This document shows, in pieces, positions 53,508 to 64,000 of a stretch of DNA of 64,000 bases. The stretch is taken from positions 63,860,001-63,924,000 of the forward strand of contig NC_043006.1 of assembly GCF_006345805.1 (NCBI RefSeq), read 5' to 3'. Every line of letters starts with the position of its first letter. The first letter of the stretch is position 1. The DNA comes from Octopus sinensis (taxonomy: Eukaryota). The translations under genes were made by a program, and so were the position numbers. The notes under the pieces are model-generated. The model was not told the DNA's origin. It made no database searches and saw nothing but the letters and a program-made list of their open reading frames with translations.

Positions 53508-53599
53508 GCAATGTGAGCCACAACTTTTCGGCTGGGTTCTTAACCTAACATTTAATTACACCCACGATCTTCCGAACCACTTGAAAAAAATACATAAAC

Positions 53600-53615
53600 G
53601 GCCCTTTTAAGGGCC
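53600..53615 (+). terminator. Histone 3' stem-loop of H4 copy 2
   Basis: AAAC-GGCCCT-TTTA-AGGGCC-ACAAC. Confidence 0.97.
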
Positions 53616-56600
53616 ACAACATCATCCTGTTTGTCTCACATTACCAAACTCTTTGATATGACCTTAAAAAAAGAAAACTTAATTTTGCCATTATTAAATT
53701 TTAAATTTCCTTCACAGAAAAAAAGTGATGTAAATTTTTGTTGACATTATCACGTATGAAGTTAACTTTTTCATTTAAACTATTTTTGCCAGAATCTATT
53801 TTTTCCCCTTACATGAAAATCGTTATGGAAGTACAATAACGAACCCTCCCTTACTTTTTAAATTCTAATTACACAAAAGCTAAGAAAGCTTTATACATAA
53901 ATACATCAGACGTGTGTGTGTGTGTTAAAACTGTGTATATAAATATAATTAACAGGTCCTCATAAGACGGTACATTACACAAAAATGTTTATTCATTTTG
54001 GGAATCTGGATTATACGAAGTTTTTCATAACGAAGAAGTATTTCTTTCAAATCGACTTGAATTCGTTATGAAAAATTTCTTTATCAAATTCGTCATTATG
54101 TCTAACATTTCAACGTAACAAAGTAGAGGACTACCTGTTGTATTAAAAACAATTTGCATACTATATAAAGACATCGGGTGCTCTCAACAAGAGGCGATAT
54201 TTAATTACAAATTGTCACAAACCTTTTTAGAAAATGTGTAAAACTTATAATAATGGACAATTTGTTTTCTATTGTTAAATAAATAATTATTTTCTGTTAA
54301 AGTGAATGGCATTGTTTATTTTTCTTCCTCATAGATATTTACAATTTCTAATCAATTACAGTTAATACCTTAAGGTTTCAATTAATAGAACTTTCTTGGG
54401 CACTGCTTTGAAAGGCAGTTTTAGTTCCATCGTATTTTAATTCCAACGCGGGCTTCTGAAATAACTTACATAAATTGGACTTTTCTACTTTGGTCAGGAT
54501 TTTTTTCCTTCTAGACGTGTGTTCTCCCGTTTCTCTTTTTTTTTGGTTTGTGCATCAGTCTCTTAGGTTCGGAAAATGATTTAACCACATTCTATTACAA
54601 AATACACCCATTCTTTTTATTATTTATTCTTGAATATCGCTTTCCAGGAAATTAGTCGAGTGGTAAACATAAATACACAATCACACAACGGGTTTTCGTG
54701 TACTGAAGTCTAGCTTAAGCCCCCCCCCCCCCCCCCGCACGCAGTTGTGACGGGTCGAACCTGTTTACCACCTTGTTGCCAAGCGAAAGACTCCAGTCTC
54801 TATTTTAGATTTAGAACTGAATTGTTTGTCCAAACTCTTCAAGATATATGAAGCCTTCGTCGTTTTCGACGATGAGTATTTTCAGTGTAGTTGGTTGAAT
54901 ATCTTATTCACGTAATTATAGGGCACAATCCACGTGACACATTGTAAACAAGGCTGGATCTTTTCATTTACAGTCCATTTGACAAGTTTCTCCATATCTA
55001 AATTTGGGTCGACGAGAAGCTACGGTAAACCACCTTTGCCTTAACTTGCCAGAAAAGGACAGTAGTTTTGATTGGAAAGTGATGGAGTTAAACAGCTTTA
55101 CACGTTATTTTTACAGGACTGGCTGAAGGTATAATCAAATCGAACCATCACGCCATGAGGTTCTACGAATTAGAAAAACGTGAAAATAATGTAAAGATTC
55201 CTTGAGTGAGGTCAAATTAGTGATTGTGAGAGTGGAATATTGTGGTGGAGTTATATTGTAAGGAAAGAATTTGAAGTGATACTGTGCTGGAATTGTTTTC
55301 TAGACACCTTGGGGGAAATGCATAAGGTTGCTGAAATTCAGCTTGCCCAAGGCACTATGAACCTTAGAATTGGCGCTAATGGTATAATTTACGTTACATT
55401 TCCTACGGAAAATACTTTATAGTTGAATCTGAATGGCAATAAATAGCTCTGGAAGTGCAACACATTTAAAGAATTTCATTCAGTTTTGAAGGTGTTCGTG
55501 TAGATTGGAATTCCGAAAATATATATTACACGGTAATATATAATATAATATATATAATCTATATTTGAATGCAAAATGATAGATCAAATTAAAAGAACTT
55601 TGCTACAAATATTTAACTGAACGTTTAATTCTTAAATAATCAACATATATTGTTTGAAAATAAAAGACTGCAAGGGAGATAAATCTAGTCTATAACTTGT
55701 TTATGTCGACATATTTTATAGCATGAGAACGTATGGTCTCATGGTTAGAGTGTTGCACTCTCGATTGCAGGAATGTGGTTTCGGTTCCAAGAGCGGGCAG
55801 CGCGTTGTGTTCTTGAACAAAAACTCAATTCCACGTTGCTTCGGTCCACTCAGCTGGCGACTCGTTCTGGAGGAAATTGCCCTTGAAAACCTTGTAACCG
55901 GCCCTAATCAGTCCTAGTTCTAGAGGCAGGGGTTGATGGTAAACATTTAGAGGAAAGCATTTGCAAGACTTCTTTATTGTGATTTTCGTAATCCAGGATG
56001 TTTTCAGTTCAATTATATTTAACACCAAGTCAAACTTGTCAGAACATATACGGAAAAAAACAAAAACCCACTATGACAGTCCATCTTTTTGCCACATAAA
56101 CCGTCTTCGTTACACTTACGATAATGTGGATTGCGGGTGATCCGGCTGTTATTTCTAGTAAGTTGGGTGACCCTTCCGAAATGGATTGTTGACTTAGTCC
56201 GTGGTCTCCTGTTTTAGCACCGTCGTGGAAGTTCTTTGGCGGGTTTCATTGGTCTCAGGTCAGGTTAAATTCCAACCATTAATCTCTGAAAGCCTGAAGG
56301 GGTCATAAGATGAGCAGTCACCATGACTTAATTTTTTTTAATGACTGAGGGTTGTTTGAAACCGTTGAACTCTGCACGGTGCAGACATTATGGGGCCGGC
56401 AACTCTTCATCCCTAGTTAGTCATGATTAAAGGTATTTCAAACATGACTAATCCAATTTTTCAAAAGGTGTCTTGGACATTAGCGCTCCTTAAGCTTAAC
56501 ACCACAAGAGGGTCAAACCTGCATATAAATCATTGACAGTCTATCATGTTTATAATCTTGACTGCTATTTCTAGCATGTTGGGCGCCAGGATATAAACAT

Positions 56601-59600
56601 GTCCTTTCCTTGTTATTGAAGACGGTAGAGTTCAATTTGAGGGATATTTGACTGATGTTTCTAACAGTGCAGAACGTACTTGTATAATTGTAATGTTCCG
56701 ATGTCGCCAATTTGTTATGAGAGAGCATTCTTAGAAAGTAGGAAACCATAATTTTGGTAATTCCTCGCGTTTACACATTTGTGGTACAAAAGTATTGGCA
56801 GAGCAAGAAATCTAGTCTGTATGAGTTTTATGAAACGATTAAGTCTACAAAAGAGGTGTGATTTTCGACCACTTTCTGATAGAAGGCACTAAGATTACAC
56901 TGTCTTTTTCTCCCTAAGAAAGAAAATTTGTTTTATAATAGCAATCTCTTTTAACAAAATAATTTTCTTAATTTATTTCTATATGGGAATAAACAGGAAA
57001 AATACTGTTTTTGATGCAGTATTTTCTTTTTCTCTTGCCTTTCGTTGTTGTATATGCGATGCAAGAGAGAGTGGGTTGGCAGGGTCGTTAAAACAGACAA
57101 CGAAATGCACTGCGTTATTATTCCGGTTCCTTACTTTCTGCGTTCAGATCCAACAAAGAACAGCTTCGTCTTTCAGCTTTCCGAAATTCGATGTAATCAG
57201 CTAAAGTCCTCCTCTCAAATCAGAAACCTTGAGCGAATGTTAGAAATTACCGCTTTTACTCAATAAGAGCCGAGATAATGACATTTGTATTGTCAACTCA
57301 GTAAATTTTACGACGCAAAAAAATACCGATAACGAAAATAGCAATTTTTCTTTTATTTGAGTGAGAAGCTTGCTGCTTCATCAATGACAATTTCTATTAT
57401 AAATATTGTTTGCTGGCAAACAATCTTATTGTTGTTTTAGATCCAGGAAACAGCCGTAACATTTATCCCACATTACGTTGGCAAACAATCTTTCTGTTGT
57501 TTCCTGGGGCTAAAACAACGGTAACAGTCATCCTAACCGGACAATCTTTACTTTAAAGTACTGTTACTGTAAGTCGAGAGATTTAGAAATAATAGAGTTT
57601 CTATTTAACTTCTATTATATATTAGCATTAAGGGCATAGATTAGCAGAATCATTGGAAATTCTGATAAAATGCCTTGCGATACTTATTCCGGCACTTTAC
57701 GTTCTTACTTCGAATCCTACCGAAGTCAGCTTTGCTTTTCATCCTATTGTGGTTGATAAAATAAGGACCAGTTGAGCACTTTCACTACTTTTATTGATTA
57801 ACCTCTTCCCCTCAAAATTGCTCGCATTTCGCCTCAGTTGACACACAGTTATTATATATTAGTATTGCTTTGTCCTGTGCTCCTGGAGGTTCTCGGGTTA
57901 AAATCCATTTGATTCAACCCCCATTTCGCCCAGCCAACATTGGTGAAATAAACTGTAAAGAGACCTTGTCAAGAAATATTTCATTTATTTCAAAAAGGAC
58001 ACTCCTTAAAAAGTGTGTATATATTGTCAATCAAATCGACATTCGTATATAAATGGTAATTATTATATTTCCTCTGGAGGGGCTGACAGCGGTAGAATTA
58101 AAACGGAACATTAAGTTTATTCAGTACAAGGGATACTTAATCAGGCCGCTTCAACTATCTAACAATCTTTCTTAATAGGAACAGATTAGAATAAACAACT
58201 CGTAGTTATAGAGCATCAAGTCCCTCACTGTCGAAGAAGCACGAATATCGTCAATATGGCAATCTCATTTCTTTATATTATTCTGGGCATTAGTGTAGTA
58301 CGTGCGATTGATTAATCCATCAGTTTTGATAATCAATGCTCCATCAATAAAATTACCTGCTCATCGTTAATGGCTGAGTGTTCCAGACACTTGAAACCCG
58401 TAATGTATCAGACTGTCAACAGCAGGTGTTTACACACACCAAATGCATAATGAGCAGTTGTGCTGTTAAATGAGATTTACTGTCAGTGGTTATGAGTCAT
58501 TATCCTGATTAGACAGTAATGTTTATAACGATAACGAAAGGAGAGAGAGAGAGAGGTGTGGCATGAGAAGGAATGGGTTAGTTTGTATTTTAACTGTGGT
58601 TATTTTTTTAAAAATCAAGGTCTTGGCAAATACATGCATGTATAGTATACGCACTCTTATCTTATTTACAGGTAAGCGGGACATCAAATAATTATATCTA
58701 ATTCATAGGTCATTAAATGAAATATTGCAAGCTTAAATTACTCGGCTATCCGATAAAATTATAATTTTTTGCAAGCTTTATTAAAGTAATTTTACTTTTA
58801 ATTATCACAGTTAAAATACAAAAGTGCCCGAGAATTCATACCAAGAAAATAAAATTGAAGGGAATGGTAAAAAAAAACAATTTTTTTCCAACAAGAATGA
58901 ATTTAGTGAAATGCTTTCTATAGAAAACTTATGAATATCTAATCGCATCTCGCTGCTCATCGCTATTCCCAGATTGCTTCTTTAGTTTGATGTCCAGATC
59001 TGTCTGCACTGATCGAGTGAACCGGATGATAAAAAAAGCGCACCAAACACAACTATACTCTCTTTTTCCTTTTTATCTTTAGCCTAATTTAAACTATCCT
59101 GTATCCTTTGGTTAAGATAGTAAAGTGAACCCAGCCAACTGTTATTGAGAATTAGTTATTTCCGAATATTTATCAGAAAAAAACCCAAAAAAACACAGGA
59201 TCGACATTAGCTGTTTAGTTTTCTACATCAGGGGACTACATTGTATAACGTGTTTTTCCTTCTTATAGACTTATGGTACAATTTGGTTGTTATTTCTGTT
59301 TCGCAGATCATGTAGAGACTCATATTTCTCTTCTGGTACGATCAATTCAATACACACACTGCCAAGTATCAGAATCGTATTATGATAGAATTGCTTTTAA
59401 TTTAGGCACAAGGCCAGCAATTTTAGGGAGAGGTTTTAGTCGATTAAACCGATCCAGTACATGACTGGGATTTGATTTTATCGATCTCAGCAGGATTTGA
59501 ACTCTGGTTAAAGGGCCGGAAAAAATACTGCGAAGTATTTTGTCAAACGTTGCCCTCATATTGTGATACATAATGAATTAATTAGATTTGGGCGGGGGAG

Positions 59601-60754
59601 GAGGTCTACCGACTCGCCTTTGACTTTATTTCCCACGACCACGTCCTTTAAATGACCAAAATCATACTTTCAACAAGCAAAAATAATTTTGTCCGTTTTA
59701 AAATCCTTTCAACCATGTTTTGCGCATTTCATTAAATTTATTCATGATAGCATCACCTAAAAACAAGCCACGGAAATGTTTTTAAATTTTGATAAACTGT
59801 CAAAATAAAATTTATTTTCGAATAATGAAATTTTTTTTGCTCTATTTTGTATTGTTTTGTTTCAAAAGTGAAGATTTTGTTTTTTTCCTCTTAAAAAAAA
59901 AAAAAAGATGATCTGAAACGATTGTAATTAAATATATTAATATATACAATTAATGATATGCACATATTAAAAATGAAGAATTGAACTTTTTGTAAGTGAC
60001 AAAATAAAATCCACTACCAAACATTATTAATCAATAAATGATTTATGGGAGGTGGTAGAAGTAAAATGATGATGACGAAAGGTGGGGCAGAATAGAAAAC
60101 AGAGTTCCAAGGGTACCTTGGAATAGATATAGTTCCAATTTGTTGTTTTGTTTTTTGAAGAGAATAGGATGGAGATACTTGTTACTGGAATAATTATGTA
60201 AACGGTAGTAAATAGTAGCAGATGTATTGAAAGAACCGAATGAAGCTGAAGGTAACCACACTCAACGGGTAATAAATAGCTTCAATATACGTCGTTCAGT
60301 TTTGCACAGATCGGGGTGGGAATGAAGGTGAAAATACAAAGCACCAGAATATCTTGGAATATATGTATCTCTTGGAGAGAGATAAATGGATGGGGTTGGT
60401 ATAGAGTTGGCAGTCACTCATTATTTTCTCCTTATGAACATTTGCTGGCTGTGGTTTCCAAACACAACTACTGATGTTTGTGTTTATATTTGACACATAT
60501 ATACATCATATCTTCAGGTGACAAACATGAAATGTAATAACGGGAGCGATCTAGTTATTACAGTATGTTTGCTTGTAAAATATGTTTAAAAAAGAAAATA
60601 CGATCAGCTCTTTAAAAAAAAACTATGTTTAAATGGATTTAGATTAAATTTATAAGATATTTTAAGCATTCAGAATTGTATTGAAATGTTTATATGCTTG
60701 GATGTGTTGTTAGAATAACAAATGTCAATAGATGTAGGTGTATTGATTTTAGTA

Positions 60755-60760
60755 TTTATT
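60755..60760 (-). terminator. Candidate polyadenylation signal of H2B
   Basis: AATAAA on the minus strand about 250 nt after the H2B stop. No histone stem-loop was found in between. Confidence 0.5.
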
Positions 60761-61009
60761 TTGGAGTTTATATTATATAGAACATTTTAAATCAACTTGT
60801 TGATGTAAACATGAATGTGTTTATGTATGCGAATGTTTATAAATATAAACATTAAATTCTGATGTTAATGTGATGCAATGCATTTTATAAGTTTCCATCG
60901 TGTATCGTCGATTCGTTGAAGTTGAGGAAAATGAAAGTACATCAACATATATGTATGTATGTATGTAAGTCCCCATAAAACGAGGGAGGGAGAATTAAAT
61001 GGTCTTCTC

Positions 61010-61378
61010 TCATTTGCTGCTGGTGTATTTAGTGACGGCTTTGGTTCCTTCTGATACGGCGTGTTTGGCTAATTCACCCGGTAACAAAAGACGAACTGCT
61101 GTCTGCACCTCACGACTGCTAATGGTCGATCGTTTATTGTAGTGGGCAAGGCGGCTGGACTCTGCGGCGATTCTTTCGAACAGGTCGTTGACGAAGCTGT
61201 TCATAATGGACATAGCCTTGCTAGAGATACCCGTGTCCGGGTGCACCTGCTTCAATACTTTATAGATATAGATAGAATAGCTTTCCTTCCTCTTCCTCTT
61301 CCTCTTTTTGTCACCACTGCGGGCCGGTTTCGGTTTCGCAGCTTTCTTAGCTCCTTTGGCACTCACTTTGGGTGGCAT
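61010..61378 (-). CDS. H2B: Histone H2B, variant-like, intronless
   Basis: 122 aa containing [34 protein letters not shown] and [26 protein letters not shown]. Confidence 0.99.
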   Translation of the reverse strand: MPPKVSAKGAKKAAKPKPARSGDKKRKRKRKESYSIYIYKVLKQVHPDTGISSKAMSIMNSFVNDLFERIAAESSRLAHYNKRSTISSREVQTAVRLLLPGELAKHAVSEGTKAVTKYTSSK

Positions 61379-61516
61379 GGTTCAAAATAGAACAGTGGTG
61401 GTGATCGTGGCAGTTGGTTGGCAATGAAACAGTGGTGGTAGCAAGAAAAAAAGGAAGGAATTTCGAAGAGTAAGAAAAAATGTTAAAGCAACGGTTGGAA
61501 CAATGCGTTTCATTTT

Positions 61517-61687
61517 TATTTATATGAAAAGAGTAGGCTCCAGAGATCGTAGTTAAGCGAGTCTAGCCAGCCGATTTCGCTTTAAAGCAATTCAATTGGC
61601 TACAATTAGAAACTGTCATACAACTCAGCCAATCAAAAGATAGCTGTACCTTTTCGTTCCTTGTGTGCTATCGTGGTCTGTGATTGG
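61517..61687 (-). promoter_or_regulatory. H2B promoter
   Basis: TATAAATA at 61517-61524, CTGGAGCCTA at 61534-61543, CCAAT/ATTGG boxes at 61595, 61629 and 61683. Confidence 0.7.
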
Positions 61688-63740
61688 ATAGAATTGCTTC
61701 TCACATGCTGTCTGCTTAGCTGTACGTGAGTGATAATGTGTATGTTTGGCTCTCATTTCCATTCTCTCTTTTAACGTTTCTGTCTGGAAGCATTATGGTT
61801 AAAAAAAAATTTTTAAGGACGAACCACACTAGTTTTATCAATCAAACTGAGCGATTTAATTAATTCCGTCAAGATTCTGCTAGAGCTAATCTGGTATTAC
61901 GATAAACTGAAACAAAATCTAATAAATCATGATTATTTACAATCCTCAGGGTAACGTCCGCGACGAGGCGTGGTTGTGTGGTAAGAAGTTTACTTCCCAT
62001 CCACATGGTTCTGGGTTCAGTCCCACTGCTTGGCACCTTGGGCAAGTGTCTTCTATTATAGCTAAAGCCGTGTAAGCCGATTTGATAGACGGAAACTGAA
62101 AGAAGGCCGTCGTTTGTGTGTGTGTCTTTACTGCTTGACAACTGGTGTTGTTTTGTTTACGTCCTCGTAACGTAGCGATTCGGCAAAATAGACTGATAGA
62201 ATAAGTACCAGGCTTTTAAATAAAAACAAGTAGAGGGGTCGATTCGTTTCTACACTAGGCACAAGGCCCGAAATTTTGGGGGAGGGGGGCAAGTCGATTA
62301 GATCGGCCCCCAGCATGGCTGCAGTCCAATGATTAAAGCCAAGTAAAAAATATAAGATGCTATATATAATGAGGAATTGAATTTGTGATTTCTTTCCCCC
62401 TCAGAATCGTAACATCTGATGTTTAAAACAATGATCTGAATAAATTTTCAGCAAGAAACGGAATAGAACGTTGAAGGTACATGTTCTGATAGAACGTTTC
62501 TCTTCCCAATGTTGTTAAACACTTAACTGGACAGACACAAAAAAAGTTCTGGCTTATTTTTAGTTCGGAAAAATAAGAAGTGGTGACGTTCATAACATTC
62601 ATTTGTGCATAAATGAATTGAATCGATTGGAAATCTAACCTGTCTTGCGAATGCAATTAACCTGGAGATTTAACAACTAACCAAAAAAGAATTGGAATTG
62701 GGCTGGTTACGAACGGAAGGGAACGAGAAAGCCAGCAGACAAGATTTCCAAAGGAAGAACTGTATCAAGCTAGATGAAAGACACGTACGCATAATGATAA
62801 AGAATTTTTCACTCTGAAAACAATTTCGACTTCGGAGTCGCCATATTTCTCTTAGGTGAGGAAATGAGAGTACTCTTAGCCTTTCCAGTTCCCACTGTTA
62901 CTTCCCGGCACCGTTTACGTCCTTTTCTCTGCATAGATAATACCCTATCTTTTAATCACGTGGTAAGGCAGTGTCCAGAACCCTTTTAAGGATTTTCAAG
63001 GATTGTGGGAGGAAAAGAGGAAGATAGCTTCAAACAGGAAACAGTTGAGTAAACTCCGTTAAAGGAACCCGAACTGTTAGGTACGGTAGCGATGTTAAAC
63101 CAACCGTAGCAGTATGGAGGTATGAACTGTAACAGCGCGTCACTGCATCCACCATTTATTGGGGATTCCTGACTACTCTTGTCTCTTGGCATGACACCTT
63201 TGCACCACTCGGGTGACAGCCTTCCAACCCATGGATCTGTTTGGGCAAATCCTACCTGAATCTCTTTTAGTCGCCTTTTACAAGTTATATTCTTTGACGT
63301 GCAGGGTTCCTACACAGAGCAATATGAAACGAAGTGTTTGCTCAAGAACACAACACACCGCCCGATCTTGGAATCGAAACCACGCTCTGACGATCTTGTG
63401 TGCAACATCCTGAGCACTAGGCCTCGCGCCTTAAACCAAGCCAAAGATTAAATCTACTACTGATGTAAGACAATCGTGAGATTTTATCCCCAAACTTTAA
63501 GAACCGGAATAAATACTGCAACGCATTCATCTTGAGGTTCCTACAGTTCTGCCCACCACTACACTCGATTGACAGTTTGTTTTTTTTTGGTGTGTGGGGG
63601 TTCTCGAAAGGATGAAAAGCATAGACGACCTTGGCAGAATTTGAACACAGAGCGCAGAGTGTCAAAACAGATTCCACAAGGCACTCTGTACCCAACAGTA
63701 ATGACTTCGCCAATTCACTATTGAATCAGAATAAATCCTT

Positions 63741-63968
63741 GATCAGAGACTTTCCATCTGTGATCCTCCTGTCTTAAACCAGTTGTTGTTCTTTAGCCCT
63801 CACCAGATCAAACCCTCGATCAGAGACTTTCCATCTGTGACCCTCCTGTCTTAAACCAGTTGTTGTTCTTTAGCCCTCACCCAGATCAAACCCTCGATCA
63901 GAGACTTTCCATCTGTGACCCTCCTGTCTTAAACCAGTTGTTGTTCTTTAGTCCTCACCCAGATCAAA
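63741..63968. repeat. 77-78 bp tandem repeat, three near-identical units
   Basis: Units start at 63741, 63818 and 63896 (GATCAGAGACTTTCCATCTGTGA...). The unit resembles a SINE 3' tail. Confidence 0.9.
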
Positions 63969-64000
63969 GGCCCTCCATCTGTGACGATCCTGACTGTGAT

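Noticed and set aside
60971-60986. CCCTCG-TTTT-ATGGGG after the H2B stop as a histone stem-loop
   Set aside because: Two of six pairs mismatch and it lacks the invariant GG...CC base of the SLBP site.
61142-61390. Antisense ORFs over H2B, and over H2A at 24968-25258
   Set aside because: They are shadows of the histone coding frames with no recognisable protein.
63741-63968. CRISPR array
   Set aside because: Whole units repeat with no unique spacers, the context is eukaryotic, and there are no cas genes.

Overview
AT-rich, repeat-dense eukaryotic DNA, most likely an octopus (inferred from the SINE and RTE families and the mollusc-type H2B N-terminus; no database was consulted). The first 11 kb hold the last four coding exons of a spliced + strand gene recognisable as AVL9 (1996-2110, 5265-5318, 7432-7520, 10760-10983). 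Their intron phases join exactly, and the ORF track shows only two of them as fragments. Downstream lies a dispersed histone locus: H2A (+, stem-loop), two H4 genes (+, stem-loops, identical CDS) inside a 5-7 kb tandem segmental duplication, and a variant H2B (-) with no stem-loop but an AATAAA. No H3 or H1 is visible. The rest is tRNA-derived SINEs, RTE-clade LINE remnants, a CRE-like and a mariner remnant, Helitron-like elements, several MITE families and microsatellites. The most notable structures are: (1) an inverted duplication in H4 copy 1 whose breakpoints coincide with termini of one GG-ended MITE family; (2) identity islands between the two H4 copies amid roughly 10% diverged flanks; (3) the stem-loop-less H2B; (4) a 760 bp near-perfect palindrome centred on (AT)n; (5) a CTGGAGCCTA motif just upstream of the TATA box in both H2A and H2B. 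Coordinates for genes and TSD-bounded elements were counted by hand. Repeat boundaries and percent identities are by-eye estimates, and only representative SINE copies are listed.
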